A DNA stretch of 64,000 nt from Octopus vulgaris (lineage: Eukaryota): contig OX597814.1 of the NCBI GenBank assembly GCA_951406725.2, positions 201,934,001 to 201,998,000 on the forward strand. Reading direction: 5' to 3'. The notes beneath the pieces are model-generated. The model was not told the DNA's origin, made no database searches, and saw only the letters and a list, made by a program, of their open reading frames with translations. A program made the translations under genes and the position numbers. Of this stretch, positions 12,945-26,204 are shown one piece after another (the first letter of the stretch is position 1; each line of letters begins with the position of its first letter).

Positions 12945-13242
12945 ACTGCAAAAGCTTGGGTTTCAAGGGCCCACAGTTGTTTAACTGTCAGCCGAAGTAT
13001 CTGAGGAGCCTACATAGAGTGGATGTAGACGTTTTCAAGCGTGAACTTGACCTCTGGGGCTCGCCGAGATCCCGGATGAGTCAATATCTAAGAAAGAAAC
13101 TCAAAAGAGGGCAGTAACATCGAACTCCATCCTTCACCAAAAGCTGCTCCGACAAAGGTGGAAAGTGGAAAGATGATCACAATAGCGGTGCTCCAGCATA
13201 GCCATAGTCATTGGAATGAAACATATAAAAGAATAAAAGAAT
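12945..13242 (+). mobile_element. 3' end of a CR1-group LINE
   Basis: YCKSLGFKGPQLFN..PKYLRSLH.VDVDVFKRELDL resembles the CR1-type ORF2 C-terminus; it is followed by a 3' UTR ending in aaaagaat repeats. Confidence 0.75.
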
Positions 13243-13249
13243 ATACTTT

Positions 13250-13770
13250 TGCCGTTTTCATTTGTCACGAAATGTTACATTACACACAAATTCTCCTACA
13301 AAATACAATCTTTTACCTGTAACACCGTCTGCTACTTTTGCAGATTTACTTAATTTTAGCTTACAGATATCCTTCCAAGTTTCTTCATTCACAAAGGTGA
13401 CATCACTTCCAATGTCTAACTGCATTTTTACCCTTATATTTTCAATTTTCACATTTACGACTTACCCCTTTGTCAAATTACCATATTCTTTTGATGGCAT
13501 CTTTCTCTTTCTTCTATTGCATCTTTAAAGTTTATGCCAGAAGGTTTTTTGGGAGTATGTAATTGCTACAACGTGCATATTCTCCTGCAGCCAGTTTTCT
13601 CAGAATTCGACACGTTTTCATATTGTCCCAATCTTTGCACTTTATTGAAGATCTGTTCGTGTCTTCTATAGTACGCCTCGAAGTTAACTCCTTTGTTTGG
13701 TTCCTACTTAAATTCCGTTATTGAGTTTGCAACATAATCTTGTGAGAACATCTTTCCAGCATTTTTGAAC
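13250..13770 (-). mobile_element. Gypsy/Ty3 gag-protease remnant
   Basis: VKMQLDIGSDVTFVNEETW is a decayed DTG aspartic protease motif; upstream EFK*EPNKGVNFEAYYRRHEQIF is gag-like. Confidence 0.75.
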
Positions 13771-13942
13771 TTGGCGGTACTTCATCAGTCTTTACATTCT
13801 GAGTTCAAATGTCACCGAGGTCAACTTTGCCTTTCATCTTTTGGGGGTCAATAAAATACACACCAGTTCAGCACTGGAACTGATATAATTCACCTGACCT
13901 CTCACCTCGGACTTGCTGGACTTGTGCCAAAATTTGAAGCCA
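13770..13942 (+). mobile_element. Diverged family B-related SINE
   Basis: ttctgagttcaaat..gaggtcaactttgcctttcatc core. Confidence 0.7.
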
Positions 13943-13994
13943 TTCTTATATAGGTGAGTATGTACATTGATGGTTAAATAGTTAGTGAGGGGAA

Positions 13995-14240
13995 GTGAAG
14001 GCTTGTAGCCCAGTGGTTAGTGTGTTGCCCTCACAATCATAAGATTGTGATTTCGGTTCCTTGACCAGGTGGTGTATTGTGTTATTGCACAAGACACTTC
14101 ATTTTACATTGCTTCAGTCAACTCAGCTGACAATGAGTTCCAGCAATAGCATCGCGTGCAGTGGGGGTGGAAGTTAATCTCAGCTGCATGGACACCGTGG
14201 AAACCAAATTAAGTTCTGGTCTTATGAGTTCTGGATCTCA
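13995..14240 (+). mobile_element. Diverged SINE (head D, tail Y-like)
   Basis: tRNA head plus CORE-like caagacacttcattttac; tail ggaaacc...tggtcttatgag resembles the tail of 5024-5305. Confidence 0.6.
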
Positions 14241-14464
14241 TGAGAAACCTAAGAAAGTGAAAGGAAGAAAAGCATGATATTCGACATTCTTGAGGACCTC
14301 CAAGACTAATGAAGGGAAAAGAGAAAGTTATTGTTATATTGAAGATTTGATTCAAATGTTTGCAACAGATTGAACTCCGTTGAAGGGGATTAAGGGCCAG
14401 ATAGACCAGGTGATGTGTTAAATGCGAGACAAATTAAATAGAGCAGCTTCTATTTTCAAAATCT

Positions 14465-14845
14465 TATTCTTTTATTCGTTTCAGTCATTTTGACTGCGGC
14501 CATGCTGGAGCACCGCCTTTAGTCGAACAAATTGACCCCAGGACTTATTCTTTGTAAGCCTAGTACTTATTCTATCGGACTCTTATGCCGAACCGCTAGG
14601 TTACGGAGATGTAAACACACCAGCATCGGTGCCAAGTGATGTTGGGACACACACCCACATATACATATATATACATATATGCAACGAGCTTCTTTCAGTT
14701 TCCATCTACCAAATCCACTCACAAGGCTTTGGTCAGCCAGGGGCTATAGAAGAAGACACTTGCCCAAGGTGCCACGCAGTGGGACTGAACCCATAACCAT
14801 GTGGTTGGTAAGCAAGCTACTTACCACACAGCCGCTCCTGCGCTT
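14465..14845 (-). mobile_element. SINE family A
   Basis: Near full-length reverse-complement match to 18251-18645. Confidence 0.88.
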
Positions 14846-14879
14846 ATATGAAATATATTTATGTATTTATGTGTTGTAT

Positions 14880-15530
14880 TGGTTTAAAATTATGGCACAA
14901 AGCAAACAATTTTGTGGGACGAGGAAAGTCAATTAAACTGACCCAAGTGTTTGGTTGGTAATTGTTTTATCAACTCCAAAATGACGGAGAACGAAGTTGG
15001 TCTCAGTGGAATTTGAACTCAGAACATAAAGACAGACGAACTGCTGTTAAGCATTTTGCCTAGTGTCCTAGCAATTCTTATTTCTTTACTGCCCACAAGG
15101 GGCTAAACATAGAAGGTACAGACGAGGACAGACAAAGGGATTAAGTCGATGACATCGACTCCAGTGTGTAAATGGTACTTAATTTATTGGCCCCGGAAGG
15201 ATGAAAGGCAAAGACGACCTCCATGGAATTTGAACTCAGAATGTAACGGCAGACGAAATACCTATTTCGTTACTACCCACAAGGGGCTAAACACAGAGAG
15301 TACAAACAAGGACAGACAAACGGATTAAGTCGATTACATCGACCTCAGTGCGTAACTGGTACTTTATTTATCGAACCCGAAAGGATGAAAGGCAAAGTCG
15401 ACCTCGGCAGAATTTGAACTCAGAACATAACGGCAGACGAAATACTGCAAACATTTTGCCCGGCGTGCTAACGTTTCTGCCAGCTCGCCGCCTTTTGTCC
15501 TAACAATTCTACCAACTCGACACCTTATTC
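14880..15530 (-). mobile_element. Nested/tandem cluster of family B SINEs
   Basis: Dimeric copy at ~15075-15495 inside an older related copy. Confidence 0.8.
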
Positions 15531-17429
15531 ATGTGTTATATTGCTAAGGTTTCATAAACTAGATTTAAGTATTCACTAAGAAATAACTGGTAACCAGTGT
15601 GGCCACTGTTCAATGATGGAACCTAGTAAAAGGATAATTGAATTGACAGAAACGAGAGAGTAACAGCTTTACATTGAATCCATAATGTCCCAGTCTTTCA
15701 TTTATGTGGAGTTAACAACAATAAATACCAGTAATACACGATCGTCTATTCACTTCATGCTATTCATTCGAATCTATTCACACCTGCTCGTGGTAAAGTA
15801 GTCATGGACCTTTGTAGAATAAATCAATACATTTAATTGAAATTATCTGCATATTCTGACGAGTACAATTCTATATAATTGTTCAGGGTCAATACAACTA
15901 AATCTGTCAGTCTAAATAATAGTGCCAGCACCATTGAAGACCAAAGTCTTTGTGTTTATGTCAAGTCAGAGCAACTCTCCCACAGATCTATTATTGCTGT
16001 AATATTCCTCTCATATTGGCATCATTCAAACATTTCTTTTGATTATTGCTCAGAAGCAATCATGCTGTCCTCTCGTTGACAGGCATTCATGTTAATATTA
16101 TCTATTTAGAAAGAAATGAAATGATAAAGACAAAAAAACAAAAAAAAACAACATGTATTGCTTTACCAAAAAATATAATTCTGAAAATGTGATTGGTGAA
16201 TGCAGAAGATGAAACTGATATCAAACCGAAATAGTCATGCTACTAAACAAGTTCTCTAACAAAGAATTGCTTTTATCTCCAATGTTAATGACAAGCAACA
16301 TCCATAATTCTTCATTTCGACTTCAGGACGAAGACATGAAAAGAGATGGTGTTCATTCCTCTACGACTAATTTATCATTGCATTGGAAGCCATGCTATTC
16401 TCTTAGCTTGCAAAGCCTTTTCTCTTTAATTTAATCAAACCCTGGTACCAGATGCACCAATAACATCTCAAACACTTAACGGCAGGGATTACATCACATA
16501 TTACTTATGTTTAAAGCTAACACACTTCAAGGAAATGCTTTTTCATTTTCCTTTATTTAACTTCTAAATTCCATGGTTTATAATTAATGTCAGGGCAATT
16601 ACAAGAAATCTGATGGGATTTTAGTGTGGTTGTGAAATAGTTAATGAATAATTGATGAGAAACATTTGGGTGATGCATGTTCAATTCACATAATCACACT
16701 AAATTGAGTATAAATTTTCATTCTGTTTTATTTAACTGGAAACATAATATATACATTTTTACAGCTGTTGAATAAATAACAGCATTTGAAAATCCACATA
16801 TAAAAGCACATTAATACCAGCACAGTTCATAATCTGTGAGGACAGATTAAGCTAAGGACATAATAATGACTTTTCGTGAGATTTATCTACATAACTCCAT
16901 GTGGTGTCTTCAGATGTAATTAATATTTGAAGATACAGGAAAGTAACATTAGCTTCTTTAGAATCTGATAGTTCTCTCTTTAATTAGATTTCTTAGTCTT
17001 TTTACACACCATTCGTAAAAAGTTCCTGAACATTCTGTAAACCATTTAACAAGGTCTGAGATCACTGATGAACCTGATTTAAAGAGCCACAATCACGTGA
17101 GTTTAATGCCTTTTATGTGAGCCGTGTTCAAAGCTGAGTTATGTATGCTGAGGAAGGAAATATGATGACATAATTTGAACCTGCCACACAACTGCTAACA
17201 TAGCATTAGCAATCTTTTAAAAGTTTTTATTTGCAGCCTATGATAATTTGTCTTAATTACAATATTTTGTTATTTTATCTGTCAAAATGTTAGGTTATTT
17301 TGTAAACCACATATGAATTGTACAGGCTTAACAGACTCTCATGTGTGTGTATGTATGTGTGTGCGTGTGTGTGTATGTGTGTGTGTGTATGTATGTATGT
17401 GTGTGTGGTCTTATTCGCACTCATTTTCT

Positions 17430-17832
17430 ATTCTTATTTCTTTATTGCCAACAAGAGGCTAAACACAAAGGGGACAAACAACGACAGACAAACAGATTAA
17501 GTCGATTATATCGATCCCAGTGCGTAACTGGTACTTATTTTATCGACCCCGAAAGGATGAAAGGCTAAGTTGACCTCGGCGGAATTTGAACTCAGAAATA
17601 CCTATTTCTTTACTACCCACAAGAGGCTAAACACTGAGGGGACAAACAAGGACAGATAAATGGATTAAGTCAATTATATCGACCCCAGTGCATAACTGGT
17701 ATTTATTTAATCGACCCCGAAATGATGAAAGGCTAAGTTGACCTCGGCGGAATTTGAACTCAGAATGTAACGGCAGATGAAATACTACTAAGCATTTCGC
17801 CTAGCGGGGTAACGTTTATGCCAGCTCGCCTC
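17430..17832 (-). mobile_element. Dimeric family B SINE
   Basis: Body/tail module repeated twice behind a single head. Confidence 0.85.
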
Positions 17833-18250
17833 ATTTTTCTATTCTATCGGCATACAGTTTTCGATGAGTTATACGGTGGTATCCCTTATTTTTTTTATAT
17901 ATATTTGAAAATTGAAGAAAGCGCGTCTCATACACATGGTAAACACTGTAATGATAGCATAAATATTGTGAAAACGAAGTAGTTTCTCTCAATCAATATA
18001 TCTAATATTTAGATGTTTTATAAAGACATAGAAGACAAACAGATGAAGTGAAGATAAATAGTTAAAAAAAAGGGGTTCACAACAAATGGTGGTTTCATAT
18101 CTTAGTAGAGATCTTCACCTCATACATACATATGACACTTTATTCAGATATTGGCTGGTTCTTGTTTTCCTTCTAAACAAGAAGCAGACAATGGTACCTG
18201 TAAGGGTTTTGTGCAACTCGTTTTTACTGACTAATTAATAGCTTTCAGTT

Positions 18251-18645
18251 AGGCGCAGGAGTGGCTGTGTGGTAAGTAGCTTGCTAACCAACCACATGGT
18301 TCCGGGTTCAATCCCACGGCGTGGCATCTTGGGCGAGTGTCTTCTGCTATAGCCCCGGGCAGACCAATGCCTTGTGAGTGGATTTGGTAGGCGGAAACTG
18401 AAAGAAGCCTGTCGCATATATGTATATATATGTGTGTGTTTGTGTGTCTGTGTTTGTCCCCCTAGCATTGCTTGACAACCGATGCTGATGTGTTTACGTC
18501 CACGTCACTTAGCGGTTCGGCAAAAGAGACCGATAGAATAAGTACTGGGCTTACAAAGAATAAGTCCCAGGGTCGATTTGCTCGACTAAAGGCGGTGCTC
18601 CAGCATGGCCGCAGTCAAATGACTGAAACAAGTAAAAGAGTAAAG
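18251..18645 (+). mobile_element. SINE family A (tRNA head, CORE-like segment, internal microsatellite, CR1-like tail)
   Basis: A box tggctgtgtgg, B box gggttcaatccc, cttgggcgagtgtctt, tail ggcggtgctccagcatggccgcagtc...aaaaga. Confidence 0.9.
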
Positions 18646-18845
18646 AGAGAGTTAATGTCAGCAAATTTTACATGTATCAAACATTTTTTCCTTTTGTTTT
18701 TATAAACAACGCATAACAACAACAACAACAGCTACAGCAAAACAAATATTTATCTTCCATTTGAAGTGTTCCTCTCAATTAAAGTGCTTGAATCAATTTC
18801 ATTGGTTATGATTTCCACGTACTTCAGATGAAGTAGATATATAAG

Positions 18846-18915
18846 TGTGTGTGTGTGAGAGAGAGAGAGAGAGTATGTATGTGTGTTTGTGCATACATGT
18901 GTATGTGTGTGTATA

Positions 18916-18951
<36 letters not shown>

Positions 18952-18953
18952 TG

Positions 18954-19026
<73 letters not shown>

Positions 19027-19105
19027 GTATTTATATATACATATATATATGTATATATGTATATATATATATACATATATATATGTATATATGTATATGT
19101 TATTA

Positions 19106-19160
<55 letters not shown>

Positions 19161-19185
19161 GTATATATTTGTATGTGTGCGTGTG
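18846..19185. repeat. Compound TG/GA/TATG/TA microsatellite
   Basis: Directly visible. Confidence 0.95.
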
Positions 19186-19486
19186 AAATAGACATCTGTG
19201 TATTACACTTAATGCAAGTACATTAAGCGAAAGGCGAATTCAATGCGATATTCATCTGGAGATAATATCTCTTGCAGACATACTCTGTTTAAAACACAAA
19301 TATATCAGCAGCTGATGAAATTTGTCTTGCATCAGTGGTGAAAGTCGTTGATGTACGAGTAAGAAACTCAGGAAGGCGTAGGACAAAATGGTGAACGCTA
19401 ATCTTGGGACCTTGAACCTAACAGAGAAGGTGACAAAGGACCAGGACTGGCATTATACATTTATTGGAGAAACTGATATCTGGTTG

Positions 19487-19555
<69 letters not shown>

Positions 19556-19624
19556 TGTGTGTGTGTAAATACTGAACAATGAAAATGAGTGCTCAACATT
19601 GCATTGTTGGATAAAGATTTCTTT

Positions 19625-19795
19625 ATTTATGGATTAAGGTTACCATTGGTTTCCTATTAAAAAAGCTCGTGATAATTATCAAGCCTATCACATGGAACAT
19701 TGGTGTACGTCACTACACAAATGTTCCATGTAATAAGCTTGATAATTGTTAAGGGTTTCCCTAACATGAAACCAATGGTAGTCTTAATCCACAAA

Positions 19796-19796
<1 letters not shown>
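19625..19796. repeat. Imperfect ~170-bp palindrome (MITE-like hairpin)
   Basis: Arms ~19625-19707 and ~19714-19796 are imperfect reverse complements. Confidence 0.8.
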
Positions 19797-19835
<39 letters not shown>

Positions 19836-22292
19836 AAAAAGTTCGTGATAGATGTAAAGATACCATAAACAATTATAAAGATAGAGAAAATATGTAAAAA
19901 ATCAAAATTAGATTTAATAAGTACATACCAACGTTTCAAAGGGCAATGCAAATATGTAAGAAAAAATAATAATAATAATAATTATAATTAAAGTTATGTA
20001 TTGTCATTCTCGTCAGTGTGCAGAATTTAAGGAAAAAACATCCAAAAAATATTTTACTAAAAATCAAAAAGGCAAAAAAATAGGGTAACAGGGAAAATTT
20101 AACCGGATATTTACAAATATGTTGTAAAAGGGAAAATTTAAGTGAAACGAAAAAGAGGGACATGTCAATGTGTATGCACGTCTATACATATATCAATCAT
20201 AAAGGCACACAAATGCACCTGCCTGCTAGAAATAAGAATTAAAACCCTCATTTAAACCACCAATAATAACACTGAAAATCCATAGTAGTTGAGCGAACGA
20301 GCCAAAAAAGATCTTTCACATACCTATATAGCCCAATGCTATATATTTACTAGTATTTGGATAGACATGAATCGGTTTCTGGTTTGATATACAGTCTTAC
20401 CTTCCTCAGCACATATTACCAGATTAAAAAATCTTTTCAATCTGACATTTTGAAGTTTGCTGGCGCTCTGAATAGTTTTGCACCAAAATCAGAACAGCCT
20501 CAGTGTAAAAATACCAATAACGAGCAAATATTCAGGAATTAATATTTATATAGATATTATTATTGTTATCATTACGCAGTGTAATATAAATAGTTGATAA
20601 TAACAACAACAATAATATAAGTGGTTGCAAGTCTAAAAAAAAAGCATTATATAGCTATAGAATTAAAATTGATATCAATCATAAGGCACACAAATGCGCC
20701 TGCCTGCTAGAAATAAGAGTCAAAACTCTCGTTTAAACCACCAATAATAACACTGAAAATTATGACAGAAAATCAACAATGGTCAGGCAAACGGGCCAAA
20801 TGGTTTTGTTATAAGCATTCAAAAGTGTCGAAGTGCATAAAATCACAGGATGCCAGCAATGGCTAGGTATGATAATATAGGAGCTGACAATGAAACAAAC
20901 AACATCGAAGACATCAAGGATTTGTAGAGTGCTGTGGATACGCAAGGACCAAATTCAATTTAAACCATAGATCTGACTCAGGAGTGGGTTCGTTGTGTGG
21001 TTTAATTATAAAGAGCAAACACAGATGATGTTTAAACTTTACAAAAGGCTGTTTTAGTAGAATGTTATTTATTTAATGCTGTCATAAAAGATTACGTCAT
21101 AATGTATGATATACCATCAGGTAAGGCTTTCAACAGGTGAGATTTTAAACATCGACCCTGACATAATTGACATTAGCTGAAGTTGCGATTCATTTAACTT
21201 TCACATTTGAAAATAGAAGAGAAACCAAACAGTCATCAACCTTCACTCTCTCCTATCCACACGTATGTACAATAGATTAACACACACACACACACACGCA
21301 CATCTTCTTATGATACCATGAAATTGTAATAAGTTCACAGCATCGTAAGAAGTTTTTAGTCTATGTTAGTAGCAGGAAAGGTGTTTCGCAAATGAATCCA
21401 TATTTAAATGAATCTAATGGGAGGTAATTAGTGATTGTTATTATGAGAGACAGGTGGGTAGTTACGGGTAGTTACACTTTTTTTATTATTGGAGGTAAAT
21501 TGATAGTATTTACATAACGAAGTTATAAATTTATGAATTAAAGTATTTACAACAACCAAAATTGCTTATGTGTTCATATTCTGATGCGATTTGTATTTTT
21601 CTTTATTTGATCGTTTTATAGAAATTTTTTCCTTGTATTGGTAAATGGGGAAAACACCAATGATCTGGCTGTTATTATTGCTCCATTTCTTATCGCTATT
21701 TTTATATATATTAAACCACGGTTTTACCTTTTAAATTACCTACAACCGTATACCTTATAGCAAGGACCATACATACTGAGGTAATACCAGGTGTACCTTT
21801 GGATACAGTCATCCCTTAGATGGTTACATTACCTGTAACTTACACTATATATCTTACACTCTAAATTTTTATGTATATATGTATATATATTTATATATAT
21901 AAATATATGTATGTATATATGTATGTTTGTATATATGTCAGTATGTATGAATGTATGTATGTATGTATATAAAATATGAAAATGGGACAAGAACGCAAAA
22001 CATTCAGACAGTTAGGTGAAGCTAAAAAAGGAAAACAAAATATCCAGACAGACGATACAAGGACGGATCATTCGGAGTTTTCTATTCTCAGTCGAGTTCC
22101 AGATTACCTTTGCAATTTCGGCTGGTTATACTCGAGATTGTTCCAATTTGGCCAGCCCCAAGGAAAAATAAGCTAAGAGCATTACATTCCTTGGAAGAAA
22201 ACGTTTGTATATATATATATATATACCTAAATAGAAAATTTTTTATTTCTAAATCTCTGAACGAGAAACATTCAGCAACAGTACTCTAAAGT

Positions 22293-22436
22293 AAAGATTA
22301 TTTGCCAACATAATCTCCTTATATAAGGACGCAGATAGTGTGTCGAGAGCCAGCTGGAGACGATGCTTCCTCGGGCTAAATAACAGTAACATTCATCCTA
22401 ATCAGGACTGCCACGTTATGTTGACAAATAATCTTT
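22293..22436. mobile_element. Small inverted-repeat-bounded element related to the 61.7-kb fold-back
   Basis: 21-bp IR aaagattatttg(c/t)caacataa; internal gccagctggagacgatg..gggctaaat shared with 61693-61995. Confidence 0.65.
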
Positions 22437-23359
22437 GCATATATATACTCATATCCTTTTGCACATATATACCCATATCTATATATATATACTTCATTGA
22501 TTAGCTTCAAATTAGCTTCAAATTTACTTTGACCTGAAAATTAAAAACTGAGATTCGCTTAATTCTCTATCTATGACACAACATATCAACTGGATCAAGG
22601 AATTAAAATAATGAACACACACACACACACACACACAAGACCGAAGTGCCATGAGATCACTTCAGACCATGATGTTATGAGGATAACGACTTTGCTGTTC
22701 TATTTCCAGATAATAGTAAAAAGAATATTTGGACAACGTTAATACACAAGAATTTTTCAATGGTTGTTCCTGAAAATAAACACGTTCGTAGATTTGGTAT
22801 TAGAAGATATACAATCAGCACATCGCAGAAAAATCTTACAGTAATTACTTGAGAAATAACTTGGAAACTCTACAAGCGGAACAGCTTATTAGGCTACGTG
22901 AAATGTGATACAGAAGGAGAGGCTTTACTTCAAACAATAAAAATCCAGCCATCCCAATTATGACCCGCTGCCATTTTTCATTGATATTTTCATCCTGAGA
23001 GAGATGATGGAAGCTTATAATGGTATTTGGTGTTGCAGAGGGGGAAAAAAATTACACGAGAAAATTACACAAATAGATTAATGCTTGGATAGGATTTTCC
23101 TTATCTTTGCTATTTGGATTGTTCAGCCTGAGAAAATTATTATTTCTTTTTATCCTACTCCCCCATGTTCCTCCTCCTTCTCCTCCTACTTCTTCTCTTC
23201 CTCCTTTTTTCATCCTCATCATTGTGGTTGTCATTATCTTCACTGTCGTCGTAATCATCATTGTCATCACTATTATTATTACTATTATTATTACCATTGT
23301 TGTTGTTGTTTGTTGTTGTTGTTGTTGTTGTTATCATTATTATTATCATTATTATTATC

Positions 23360-23426
23360 GTTTTTTTTTTCTTCTTTCAAATTTGCTTCCATTTCCTGCC
23401 GAGCGTCTTCCCGACTCCTAGGGCAA

Positions 23427-23498
<72 letters not shown>

Positions 23499-23695
23499 TA
23501 GTTTTATATTTTATAGCGTGCTTTCACTTCACTACCGAGCGCAGCTCTGTGTGCCTTGGGTATGTGCTGTGATTTGTTGTGATGCTCTGATGGTTACTGT
23601 ATTGAAAGTGTTTTGCGTAGGATGTGTGCAGTGCCTGGTAGTGCAATTATTATTATTATTATTATTATTAATATTATTATTATTATTATTATTAT

Positions 23696-23747
<52 letters not shown>

Positions 23748-23985
23748 TTCATTAGTATCTTCTTTCAATTCTATTTCCATTTCTTGTTGAGTGTCTTCCT
23801 GACTCCTAGGGCAGATTGTTCATTTACAAAGTTATGCTATAGAGAAAAAAGGGGAAGACAGAGAGAAAAAGGAAAATATAAAAATAAATAAATAAACAAA
23901 TAAAATAAAGTAGGGGAAAGGAAGGAAGACTCACAGCAACATTGCTCTTCTCAATACCAGTGACGTACCAGCTTGCTGGTGGAAG
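23360..23985 (-). mobile_element. Three short 5'-truncated Dong/R4 3' ends separated by triplet repeats
   Basis: 23360-23428 and 23745-23815 match the 3' UTR at 26205-26272; 23496-23646 matches 25690-25840. Confidence 0.85.
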
Positions 23986-24076
23986 TTTATTTCATTATAA
24001 AAATAAGAAAAATAACAACAACAACAACATTGAAAAATACTTTAAGAATGAGAACCCAGGTTCGAAATTTCCCCAG

Positions 24077-24122
24077 GACACCTGATGAAGGCTGGAGGGT
24101 ATATCAGCTGAAATGTTGTGTT
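24077..24122 (+). ncRNA. Type I hammerhead motif within a ~230-bp PLE-terminal repeat (~23990-24220)
   Basis: gacac-CTGATGA-a-ggctg(loop)cagct-GAAA-tgtt-gtgtt; 5-bp stem I and 5-bp stem II. Confidence 0.65.
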
Positions 24123-24221
24123 AACAACAAACAAGATGAGGACAAATATCCGGTAAATGTAAAAAATGTAAATAATGTAAATACAGTAAATAATCCCTCA
24201 TCTCTTAAATATAGAACTATA

Positions 24222-24954
24222 CTCAGGCCTTTTGTATCTACACCATAGTTCTTCCTCACTTTTTCGAATTTGCAATCATTCTTCAGTTCTCCTTTTCTTT
24301 CCCTGACAAGTATTGACACTACCCTGTTCATAGAGATTATATCTTCTAAAACTCTCCTTTTCCACCAAGGTTGTTTATTTCCTCTTCTATCCGCCGATGT
24401 TCTGTTCTCAGTAGTTCTCAATCCCATCATTTCTGCCACATTCTTACTTGCAGCTTTAATTGAGTTTATTTGTTTGTGCGATATTCTTTATTTCAATGTG
24501 TCTCAATACATCATTGACTTTACTCGTCTCTTGATTTCGTCTCCATTGGTTGGCCTTCTTAAAGCCACACATAAATTCTGTTCCTTCTGTATTGAATAGA
24601 TCCAAAATCCTGTTTAGTATTAATTGGTCCTCATTAGGCAGACATTGATACCAATTCTTTCGCAATTCATGGCAGTATAGTCTTGCAAACAATTTTCCAG
24701 CTCTTCCGCTACACCACAAAGGATATCAGGTGATTCCTAGCATCACCTTTTTTTTTTTTTACTTGTTTCAGACATTTGACTGCGGCCACGCTGGAGCACC
24801 GCCTTTAGTCGAGCAAATCGATCCCGGGACTTATTCTTTGTAAGCCCAGTACTTATTCTATCGGTCTCTTTTGCCAAACCGCTAAGTGACGGGGACGTAA
24901 ACACACCAGCATCGGTTGTCAAGCAATGCTAGGGGGACAAACACAGACACACAA

Positions 24955-25021
<67 letters not shown>

Positions 25022-25450
25022 CGACAGGCTTCTTTCAGTTTCCGTCTACCAAATCCACTCACAAGGCATTGGTCGGCCCGGGGCTATAGCAGAAGGCACT
25101 TCCCCAAGATGCCACGCAGTGGGACTGAACCCAGAACCATGTGGTTGGTTAGCAAGCTACTTACCACCAGCCACTCCTGCGCCTATTAATACCAATTCTT
25201 TCGCAATTCATGGCAGTATAGACTTGCAAACAATTTTCCAACTCTTCCACTACACCACGAAGGATATCAGGTGATTCGTAGCATCACCTGATATCCTTCT
25301 TTTAATAACTTCTAGCTCCAATTCTGTTAACGATATATTCTTTCGTATTGCTCTTGCTTGGTATCATAATCTCTGTCTAGTAATTTCAAACACATCCGTT
25401 GCCTTCCATTTTCTGTGCATTCATTTTCTGTACCCTCTGACAGGGTACAC
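24222..25450 (-). mobile_element. N-terminal fragment of a Dong/R4-type ORF, interrupted by a SINE
   Basis: GYRK*MHRKW..QRL*YQARAIRKNISLTELELE (Myb-like region) and QPWWKRR motifs; contains stops. Confidence 0.75.
24749..25185 (-). mobile_element. SINE family A, full length
   Basis: Close reverse-complement match to 18251-18645. Confidence 0.9.
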
Positions 25451-26092
<642 letters not shown>

Positions 26093-26093
26093 A

Positions 26094-26186
<93 letters not shown>

Positions 26187-26204
26187 CATTATTATTATTA
26201 TTTA

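Noticed and set aside
15780-16480. Higher-complexity unique sequence with splice-like signals and a weak hammerhead-like string at ~16200-16240
   Set aside because: Stops in the frames examined, no recognisable domain, and the ribozyme core and stem II are not satisfied.
21975-22200. PLE-terminal-like repeat with ggctgg..ccagcc-GAAA-ttgcaa on the minus strand
   Set aside because: No CUGANGA box or NUH site; cannot be called a ribozyme.
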